Shown one piece after another: positions 27,552-33,887 of a stretch of DNA of 57,325 bases (positions are counted from its first letter, which is position 1; every line of letters begins with the position of its first letter). Source of the stretch: a virus. The notes beneath the pieces are model-generated. The model did no database searches. It saw nothing but the letters and a program-made list of their open reading frames with translations, and was not told the DNA's origin. The stretch lies in IMG/VR virus record IMGVR_UViG_3300031867_000069, one strand, 5' to 3'. A program made the translations under genes and the position numbers.

Positions 27552-28770
27552 AGATTTTTTATATAGCTATCAAAAAAAGGCTGTTGATCAAATGAAAAAC
27601 GGCTGCATACTTAATGGCGGGGTCGGTTCTGGTAAATCTAGGACTGGCCTTTACTATTATTTCAAAGAACAAGGTGGATCTATTGATTCTAAATATATAG
27701 AGATGAAGAATCCTAAAGATCTTTATATCATCACGACTGCTATGAAAAGAGATAGCTTAGAATGGGAAGGCGAATTGGCTAATTTCTTATTGACTACTAA
27801 TAAGGACGAAGCCATTTACCATAATCATACTGTTGTAATCGATAGTTGGAATAATATTAAGAAGTATGCTGATATTAAGAATTCATTCTTTATATTTGAC
27901 GAGGATAGGGTCACAGGCAAAGGTGTTTGGGTTAAATCTTTTCTTAAGATAGCAAAATCTAATGATTGGATTATATTATCAGCAACCCCAGGAGACACAT
28001 GGGAACAATATATTCCTGTGTTTATTGCGAACGGATTTTACAAAAACAAAACGGAATTCCTTAGGGAACACGTTATCTTTTGTAGATATACAAAATTCCC
28101 TAAAATCGACAGATATATTAATACAGGAAGACTCATTCGTCTACGTAATAAGATATTAGTCGATATGGATTTTACCAGAAATACTATAGCACATCATGAA
28201 GATGTGTATGTCAGGTATGATATTTCGAAGTACAAGGATGCCATCAGAACTAGATGGAATCCGTTTAAAGATGAACCAATACGACAAGCATCGGATCTAT
28301 GCTATGTTTTAAGAAGAATTGTAAACAGCGATGAGTCTAGACAAATTGCTTTGCTTGAGTTATTTGAAAAACATCCTAGAATGATTGTTTTCTATAACTT
28401 TGATTACGAGCTTGATATTTTAAAAGGATTGTATTATGGAGAAAACGTTGATGTTGCGGAGTGGAATGGACATGCTCATAATCCTATACCAACTTCTAAA
28501 CAATGGGTATATCTTGTGCAATATACTGCCGGATGCGAAGGATGGAATTGCATCAAAACAGACACTATTGTCTTCTACTCTCAAAACTATTCCTATAAGG
28601 TTATGGCGCAAGCCTCCGGGCGTATTGACCGTCTCAATACTCCGTTCAGGGATTTATATTATTACCATATTAAATCTAGAAGTGGAATTGACTTGGCCAT
28701 CAGTAAAGCATTATCAAACAAAAAGAAGTTTAATGAAAGAAGATGGTATGATAAATTTGCAAATGATTGA
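27544..28770 (+). CDS. SF2 (DEAD/SNF2-like) helicase (408 aa)
   Basis: Motif I is LNGGVGSGKSRT, motif II is FFIFDEDRV and motif III is ILSATPG. ATG 27544 overlaps the upstream stop by 8 nt. Confidence 0.75.
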   Translation: MSKDFLYSYQKKAVDQMKNGCILNGGVGSGKSRTGLYYYFKEQGGSIDSKYIEMKNPKDLYIITTAMKRDSLEWEGELANFLLTTNKDEAIYHNHTVVIDSWNNIKKYADIKNSFFIFDEDRVTGKGVWVKSFLKIAKSNDWIILSATPGDTWEQYIPVFIANGFYKNKTEFLREHVIFCRYTKFPKIDRYINTGRLIRLRNKILVDMDFTRNTIAHHEDVYVRYDISKYKDAIRTRWNPFKDEPIRQASDLCYVLRRIVNSDESRQIALLELFEKHPRMIVFYNFDYELDILKGLYYGENVDVAEWNGHAHNPIPTSKQWVYLVQYTAGCEGWNCIKTDTIVFYSQNYSYKVMAQASGRIDRLNTPFRDLYYYHIKSRSGIDLAISKALSNKKKFNERRWYDKFAND

Positions 28771-28774
28771 TGAA

Positions 28775-28803
28775 TTCGCGTAAAACACATGTTCCTTTAT
28801 GGA
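28775..28803 (+). promoter_or_regulatory. Promoter-like motif TTCGCG-N17-TATGGA
   Basis: ttcgcgtaaaacacatgttcctttatgga. Confidence 0.6.
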
Positions 28804-28845
28804 ATCATACTGATTCAGAATTATATTTTAAAGGAGGACGAATCT

Positions 28846-29139
28846 ATGAAATTCGTTGAAAAAACTAAAAACTTTGTAAAGAAACATAAGAACATTTTTA
28901 TCATGGGTGCTGCTACTGGTGGAGCAATACTAATCGGTTGTTTAGCTTATGACTTCGGGACTAAGCGTCAATTAAAAGCGCTTGGCTTGGATTCTAAGAA
29001 AGAAATTTGGATTGGAAAAAGCAAAATCAACAAAGCCGAATGGTTAAAAGATGGAACTATGTCGGATGAAGCTAGAGAGTTTTTAAATTCAATGAAACAA
29101 GAAGAGATCGATACAACATTCTTTTTACAAAATAAATAA
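28846..29139 (+). CDS. Small membrane protein (97 aa)
   Basis: SD AAAGGAGG lies before ATG 28846. TM segment IFIMGAATGGAILIGCLAY. Confidence 0.65.
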   Translation: MKFVEKTKNFVKKHKNIFIMGAATGGAILIGCLAYDFGTKRQLKALGLDSKKEIWIGKSKINKAEWLKDGTMSDEAREFLNSMKQEEIDTTFFLQNK

Positions 29140-29160
29140 AATGAATCGATTCCAAATTTA

Positions 29161-29192
29161 GGAGATCTTAAACAAGGTCTCCTATTATTTTT
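29161..29192 (+). terminator. Cassette-type terminator (GGAGATCTT-AAAC-AAGGTCTCC)
   Basis: 9-bp stem with the same loop context (TTAAACAAGG) as the 14.7-15.7 kb terminators. Confidence 0.7.
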
Positions 29193-29213
29193 GTTAAACA
29201 AAGGAGAATGACA

Positions 29214-29447
29214 ATGAATGAAATTGTTATCAAAAGTAAGGATTCGGAAAATAAATGGAGATTAGCCGAGATCATACGAAATCAAGTCTTAGACTCTGAT
29301 TACAGCAGCAAAGGAATCATATTAGATTTCAGCGAAATTCGTAGAGTAATTATATTCTACGATGATAGTGAAACCGCATTAAATATGGTTGAGCATATTC
29401 GTGATTACATGAACGGTCCAGGTGCTGAATTTGGACGAGTTGTTTAG
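29214..29447 (+). CDS. Hypothetical protein (77 aa)
   Basis: SD AAGGAG lies 7 nt before ATG 29214. Confidence 0.6.
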   Translation: MNEIVIKSKDSENKWRLAEIIRNQVLDSDYSSKGIILDFSEIRRVIIFYDDSETALNMVEHIRDYMNGPGAEFGRVV

Positions 29448-29674
29448 TGGAGGCCTATTTGAAAAGAATAAGAAAAAGGTATTATTGTTTATATTTGGTT
29501 GTTGCTAATCTATCTGGTGTTTATAGTGATTACACATATTTGTTAAAGACCAGATTTAAGATCACTGCAATGATTAAAAGGTATATTTATGCAAAAGTTT
29601 TATCCAATGCTTTGCGAAGTGATCCTAAGTATAAACAGAAGTCATACATATCTATTGTAGAGGATTATTTATAA
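29447..29674 (+). CDS. Hypothetical basic protein (75 aa), GTG start
   Basis: The GTG overlaps the upstream TAG by 1 nt. The SD is weak. Confidence 0.3.
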   Translation: MEAYLKRIRKRYYCLYLVVANLSGVYSDYTYLLKTRFKITAMIKRYIYAKVLSNALRSDPKYKQKSYISIVEDYL

Positions 29675-29713
29675 ATTCGGAAGATAGAAAGTTCGTTGGT
29701 CAATAAAATGTAA

Positions 29714-29742
29714 TTCGCGAGAATAACATGTTCCTTTATGAA
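29714..29742 (+). promoter_or_regulatory. Promoter-like motif TTCGCG-N17-TATGAA
   Basis: ttcgcgagaataacatgttcctttatgaa. Confidence 0.6.
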
Positions 29743-29764
29743 AACATATAAAGGAGGATTTATT

Positions 29765-29998
29765 ATGTATACGAAAAAAGTGACTGTTGAATATTACGAT
29801 CGAAAACATGGTTTGGTTCGTAAGATTGAGAGAACTTACCAGTATGACGATAAAGCTTCTTATATCAACTCTTTGAGAAAAAAAGTTGAAAAAAGAAGAT
29901 TTATGGAAATTTGTAAGTATGATCAATCTCTACCACACTCAAGTATCGATGATATTATGGATGCTTACAAAGAATACATAGAAGTTCTAAAGTTTTAA
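29765..29998 (+). CDS. Hypothetical protein (77 aa)
   Basis: SD AAAGGAGG lies before ATG 29765 (track ATG 29738 is inside the motif). Confidence 0.6.
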   Translation: MYTKKVTVEYYDRKHGLVRKIERTYQYDDKASYINSLRKKVEKRRFMEICKYDQSLPHSSIDDIMDAYKEYIEVLKF

Positions 29999-30003
29999 AG
30001 TTT

Positions 30004-30041
30004 AAGGTGTCTGAAACATGGCACCTTATTCTTTTATTTTT
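30004..30041 (+). terminator. Rho-independent terminator
   Basis: 8-bp stem (aaggtgtc / ggcacctt), then attcttttattttt. Confidence 0.65.
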
Positions 30042-30056
30042 GAAAGGAGAATTTAC

Positions 30057-30932
30057 ATGAGCAAAAAATATGAATTCACGGGAGAAACTAAAACGATGCA
30101 GGATGGCAATATTTTGCATAGAATCATAGCTTGTAAAACATTCGGAAATGTAAAATCCGGAGAACTCGGCGGATGGATCGAAAACGAAAATAATTTGAGT
30201 CATGAAGGAAATGCTTGGGTTTCTGAAAATGCTAGTGTTTATGGAAATGCTAAGGTTTCTGGAAATGCTGAGATTTCTGGAGATGCTAGAGTTTATGGTG
30301 ATGCTGAGATTTTTGGAGATGCTGAGATTTCTGGAGATTCTTGGGTTTCTGGAAATGCTAAGGTTTCTGGAAATGCTGAGATTTCTGGTGATTCTTGGGT
30401 TTTTGGAAATGCTGAGATTTCTGGAAATGCTGAGATTTCTGGAAATGCTAGTGTTTATGGAGATTCTGGGGTTTATGGTGATGCTAAGATTTCTGGAGAT
30501 GCTAAGATTTCTGGAGATGCTGAGATTTCTGGTGATTCTTGGGTTTATGGTGATGCTAGGGTTTATGGTTATTCTTGGGTTTATGGAAATGCTAGGGTTT
30601 ATGGTGATGCTAGGGTTTCTGGAAATGCTATAGTTTATGGAGATGCTAGAGTTTTTGGAAACGCTTGGGTTTTTGGAAATGCTGAGATTTCTGGAAATGC
30701 TGAGATTTCTGGAGATGCTGATTATGCAACAATCAAAGGATTTGGAACTAACTTTAGAAATACTACTTTCTTTAAGTGTTCCGACGGATCTATAAAGGTC
30801 AATTGCGGTTGTTTCTATGGAACTTTAAAAGAGTTTAGAAAACAGGTAAATAAAACTAGATCTGGAAAAATCAGAAAAGAATATCTTATGATTGCAGATC
30901 TAATGGAAATGCATTTTTCAAATAAAACTTAG
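30057..30932 (+). CDS. Hexapeptide-repeat (left-handed beta-helix type) protein of unknown function (291 aa)
   Basis: SD AAAGGAGAA lies before ATG 30057. There are 28 consecutive G-[ND]-[AS]-x-[VI]-x hexads. The C-terminal domain contains a GCFYGTLKEF motif. Confidence 0.75.
   Translation: MSKKYEFTGETKTMQDGNILHRIIACKTFGNVKSGELGGWIENENNLSHEGNAWVSENASVYGNAKVSGNAEISGDARVYGDAEIFGDAEISGDSWVSGNAKVSGNAEISGDSWVFGNAEISGNAEISGNASVYGDSGVYGDAKISGDAKISGDAEISGDSWVYGDARVYGYSWVYGNARVYGDARVSGNAIVYGDARVFGNAWVFGNAEISGNAEISGDADYATIKGFGTNFRNTTFFKCSDGSIKVNCGCFYGTLKEFRKQVNKTRSGKIRKEYLMIADLMEMHFSNKT
30207..30719 (+). repeat. 18-bp tandem repeat array (about 28.5 units, consensus ggaaatgctgagatttct)
   Basis: Read directly from the sequence. 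It encodes the hexapeptide repeats. Confidence 0.9.
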
Positions 30933-30948
30933 TGAAAGGAGCAAAACT

Positions 30949-31119
30949 ATGAACAAACAAATGGATTATGTACTAAGGAGATATGATAAAAAGTGCCCAA
31001 TTTGCGGAAAGACTTTTGCATATTATCCGTCGGAGCATGTATACAAGCGTGGCAAAGGACGAGAAACTTTATATTTTTGTTCTTGGACTTGCATGAGAAA
31101 ATACGATAAAATCGTATGA
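30949..31119 (+). CDS. Small zinc-ribbon-like protein (56 aa), below the ORF-track cutoff
   Basis: SD AAAGGAG. Contains CPICG...CSWTC. Confidence 0.5.
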   Translation: MNKQMDYVLRRYDKKCPICGKTFAYYPSEHVYKRGKGRETLYFCSWTCMRKYDKIV

Positions 31120-31138
31120 TATTGAAAGGAGAATAAAA

Positions 31139-31303
31139 ATGGCTAATAAACCTAAAAAAGCTTGCCGAGGATGCTTATATTGCACTCCATATTACGGAAA
31201 TAAGAATAAGTTCGGAAAGAGAACCATTTCTAAATATTGGTGTATTAAGAAAAGTACTACGTGTTCTGATCCGAAAGAGTGTTCATTTAGAAAGGAGAAA
31301 TAA
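31139..31303 (+). CDS. Small Cys-rich basic protein (54 aa), below the ORF-track cutoff
   Basis: SD AAAGGAGAA. Contains CRGCLYC...C....TTC....C. Confidence 0.5.
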   Translation: MANKPKKACRGCLYCTPYYGNKNKFGKRTISKYWCIKKSTTCSDPKECSFRKEK

Positions 31304-31305
31304 AA

Positions 31306-31561
31306 ATGATTAAAATTGAAAACGCGGAAGTTATGGGTTGGGAGGCTGCTATTCGTGGAATGCGAAATCCAATGAATTCTTGGGATAGGAGTGATAGCGA
31401 ACGAAAATACGAATCATGGCACGATATGTCTGGAGGAGAGTTTACCATTGGCCCAAATGATCATGACTTGATGATGCGGTTGGCAGCGGGTGGACCGGTT
31501 CATGCGAAGTATCGTAGGATGATTACGGTATATGTTGATATTACTGCTCCTCTATATTGGT
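31306..31561 (+). CDS. ThyX-like (flavin-dependent thymidylate synthase fold) protein, exon 1
   Basis: The N-terminal 85 aa end in ...VDITAPLYW, which corresponds to ThyX ...[10 protein letters not shown]. The apparent TAG stop is the first bases of the intron. The exon ends on U31561. Confidence 0.7.
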
Positions 31562-31607
31562 AGTTCTTTCTGCCAATGAAACACTTTTCCTAGTTATCGC
31601 TAGGGGT

Positions 31608-31636
31608 CACGCGTAAATAACATGCTCCTTTACGAA
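31608..31636 (+). promoter_or_regulatory. Promoter-like motif CACGCG-N17-TACGAA (inside the intron)
   Basis: A variant copy. Its CACGC can pair with GCGUG at 32471-75, closing the insertion. Confidence 0.45.
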
Positions 31637-31650
31637 AGGAGGAATTAAGT

Positions 31651-31839
31651 ATGATATTTAGAAGAAACAAACTTACAGTTGACGAAATTGAAGCATATGT
31701 ACAAAATCATTTAGATCTATATAATAGCCAAATAAAAATATTAGAAGATGATAATTATACATGTGAATGTTTAAAAGCACAAAGAGTAACTTGTAAAGAG
31801 ATACTTAGATTCATTAAAGTTAGAAAGGCTCAGCAATAA
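31651..31839 (+). CDS. Intron-nested small protein (62 aa)
   Basis: SD AAAGGAGG. The stop lies inside the terminator stem. Confidence 0.55.
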   Translation: MIFRRNKLTVDEIEAYVQNHLDLYNSQIKILEDDNYTCECLKAQRVTCKEILRFIKVRKAQQ

Positions 31840-31859
31840 CGCTGGGTCTTTTCTCTTTT
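31827..31859 (+). terminator. Rho-independent terminator (copy 1 of a 35-nt exact repeat)
   Basis: Stem ggctcagc / gctgggtc, then ttttctctttt. 31826-31860 is identical to 32428-32462. Confidence 0.7.
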
Positions 31860-31879
31860 ATGAAAGGAAGGTGATATTT

Positions 31880-32149
31880 ATGACCAATACCGAAAAACAA
31901 ATAGAAAATATGGGGTATGAAATTCGTGTTAGTGATATGCTTTGCAATTATGTTGTTTATGAGAACAAAAAAGAAGATCAAGAAATAATCTTGGAATGGG
32001 ATGATGAAGATCAATATTGTATGTTGTTTTCACAAACAATATCGAGAGAAAAGGATTGGCTCGGACATACACGACAAATGCCTCAAGCATTAACTATTCG
32101 TGAATTGGAAATATTTACAGCTAGACTTAAAGAATTGAGAGAGGCCTAA
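31880..32149 (+). CDS. Intron-nested small protein (89 aa)
   Basis: TATGAAAGGAAGG lies before ATG 31880. Confidence 0.55.
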   Translation: MTNTEKQIENMGYEIRVSDMLCNYVVYENKKEDQEIILEWDDEDQYCMLFSQTISREKDWLGHTRQMPQALTIRELEIFTARLKELREA

Positions 32150-32180
32150 TTAATGGTCTCTTTCTCTTTTTTATTTTTTT
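32140..32180 (+). terminator. Rho-independent terminator
   Basis: Stem agaggcc / ggtctct, then a long T-run. Confidence 0.7.
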
Positions 32181-32191
32181 GAAATCTAAAA

Positions 32192-32220
32192 TTCGCGAAA
32201 TACGCACTTCCTTTTATGAA
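32192..32220 (+). promoter_or_regulatory. Promoter-like motif TTCGCG-N17-TATGAA (inside the intron)
   Basis: ttcgcgaaatacgcacttccttttatgaa, abutting SD AGGAG. Confidence 0.55.
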
Positions 32221-32234
32221 AGGAGTGAATTATT

Positions 32235-32402
32235 ATGTTACAATCACACGAAGTTAAAAATTATTTACATTCATTAAATGCGGTAAAATATCATTATGAT
32301 ACTGATGAATTTAACAGACGAGTTAATTTCGTTTGTAAAATATGTAGTTATCATGGATATTTGTCGTATGGAAAGATAAGAGAAATATTCGAAAATTGTT
32401 AA
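32235..32402 (+). CDS. Intron-nested small protein (55 aa), below the ORF-track cutoff
   Basis: Product MLQSHEVKNYLHSLNAVKYHYDTDEFNRRVNFVCKICSYHGYLSYGKIREIFENC. Confidence 0.5.
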   Translation: MLQSHEVKNYLHSLNAVKYHYDTDEFNRRVNFVCKICSYHGYLSYGKIREIFENC

Positions 32403-32428
32403 ACATTGTAATGGATTATAGAGCGAGA

Positions 32429-32461
32429 GGCTCAGCAATAACGCTGGGTCTTTTCTCTTTT
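32429..32461 (+). terminator. Rho-independent terminator (copy 2 of the 35-nt repeat)
   Basis: Identical to 31827-31859. Confidence 0.7.
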
Positions 32462-32528
32462 ATATTTAAAGCGTGGCTAACGGGGAACCACCCATTGGAA
32501 TCCCGTGGGAAACATTTCAAAAATATAA

Positions 32529-32557
32529 TACGCGAAAAATACATAGCGTATTATGAG
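32529..32557 (+). promoter_or_regulatory. Promoter-like motif TACGCG-N17-TATGAG with no ORF downstream
   Basis: It lies between the P4-P6 and P7 halves of the intron core. No SD or credible ORF follows in the next ~300 nt. Confidence 0.4.
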
Positions 32558-32834
32558 AAATAGACTTGTGAAGACAAATGACACATGAATTTGCGGTTTG
32601 TATATTTTATACAAATTGAGAGAAGTGAGAAACCTGATATCGGATCATAGGAAAATGAGACTATGTGAACATAGCAAGTTCTATTCTTTTTTATTTTTGA
32701 AACGAACCTGTAGAGGCTATCCCCTATGCCTTCTGGGCGGGGGAGTAGGGCTACTATTGATACGTAGCTGGATTTTAGGAAACGAAGTCCATGAAAACCG
32801 AAATGGTGTCCTATTGTTTTGAATTTGTGTGTGA

Positions 32835-33421
32835 AAAAAATTATGGTGGACTTATATTTATAATAACGAACATGATTCGTATATCTATAAAGGTCCTTAT
32901 AGTATTGATTTGATGTATCAAAAACGTGATAAATTCGATGGGAATATTTATGAGCATAATTTAAGAACAAAGAAAGATATAAAGGCTGCTAGTGAAGATA
33001 CCTTAATAGAGGAGTTTGATACCTTTTATAAGAAAAACAAAAATGATATAGATAATCTTTTACGTCCTGGTTTTGATAATTTAATGAATACTCCGTATGC
33101 TAAATTAACAAAGGACGGCGTTACATATAAAGATGTGGCTGGAAATTCAAGAAATCTGCAAAACAATATAAGTATGCGGAAAAATTTGTAAATAGATTAA
33201 AGGAACAGAAATATTCCGCTATCGAAGATATGAATAATAAAGGTTCGTATTATAATTCTATAAGTCCTGTTGTCATTCTTGATGGCAAACAATATTTATC
33301 AGAAACCGGAATATCTTCTTTACCAGCAAGTCATGTTTATGCATACGGTAATTACGTTATGAATGTATTAGGTTACAAAAACGAGCAAGCCGGTTATCGT
33401 AATATCATAAAACAATTTTAA
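32835..33421 (+). pseudogene. Frame-disrupted intronic ORF (possible decayed homing-endonuclease gene)
   Basis: Two overlapping frames (32835/32913..33191 and 33131..33421) sit between the P7 5' and 3' strands. There is no SD. I see no LAGLIDADG, GIY-YIG or HNH motif. Confidence 0.3.
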
Positions 33422-33461
33422 ATAAACACACAAAACAATAGTAAAAGATAGTCCATTAATG

Positions 33462-33886
33462 GGAAAGAATTTGATACTTATAAGGTTGGTACTGTTGCAA
33501 ACTCATGCTCAACGATGCACAAGATTCATGAGAAGGAGTTTATGATGGAGGATTTTAGTTGTGAAAAGCTTATAAACTCAGCATGCATGGAAATTCAAGA
33601 ACAGCATATTCGTATAAGCCCGATACAAGCATTGGCAACGACCATTGAGTGCTTGAATTCCTATCGGGATTTATATTTGCAAACCAAAGATAAAAAATAT
33701 TGGTGGCAGATGATCCAGCTTCTTCCAAGCTCATATAACCAGAAGAGAACTGTAATGCTGAATTACGAGGTTCTTGCTGGCATTTATATTTCTAGGAAGG
33801 ACCATAAGCTCGACGAATGGAAGGAGTTCTGTAAGTGGATAGAAAGCCTTCCATATTCTGAGTTAATTACTGGAAAGGAGAACTAA
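33462..33886 (+). CDS. ThyX-like protein, exon 2
   Basis: The frame is open from 33452. (W)KEFDTYKVGTVANSCSTMH... continues the ThyX alignment, and ...LLPSSYNQKRTVMLNYEVLAGIYISRKDHKLDEW corresponds to ThyX [34 protein letters not shown]. Confidence 0.7.
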
Positions 33887-33887
33887 T

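Larger units (their letters stand above)
31562..33461 (+). mobile_element. Group I intron (td-like, IA2-type core) with large insertions
   Basis: P1 pairs attggU (31556-61) with Gccaat (31572-77). P2 pairs cctag with ctagg. The P4 region is CUAACGGGGAACC...AAUCCCGUG (32477-32508). The P7 strands are GGCUAU (32715-20) and AUAGUC (33448-53). GGGGAGUAGGG lies at 32740-50. The last intron base, the terminal guanosine required for group I 3' splice-site cleavage, is G33461. Joining the exons gives ...PLYWWKEFDTYKVGT. Confidence 0.75.

Noticed and set aside
30202-30633. Alternative-frame ORF MKEMLGFLKMLVFMEMLRFLE... inside the hexapeptide gene.
   Set aside because: It is a reading-frame artefact of the 18-bp tandem repeat. 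It has no SD, and the 30057 frame has an SD and non-repetitive N- and C-terminal domains.
31559-31563. The TAG at the end of ORF 31306 as a recoded or suppressed stop (alternative genetic code), as in some gut phages.
   Set aside because: Reading through TAG gives FFLPMKHFS* with another stop 9 codons later. Other genes end normally in TAG/TAA/TGA. Exact exon joining with group I boundary rules explains the interruption.
32470-32520. GC-rich segment gcgtggctaacggggaaccacccattggaatcccgtggg considered as a tRNA or small riboswitch pseudoknot.
   Set aside because: There is no acceptor, D or anticodon cloverleaf and it is too short. It matches the P3-P4-P5 core of td-type group I introns instead.
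32551-32970. Track ORFs 32551-32970 (minus strand) and 32598-32822 (plus strand, TTG start).
   Set aside because: Neither has an SD. Both overlap the structured intron core (P6-P7.2 region) and their composition is not protein-like.
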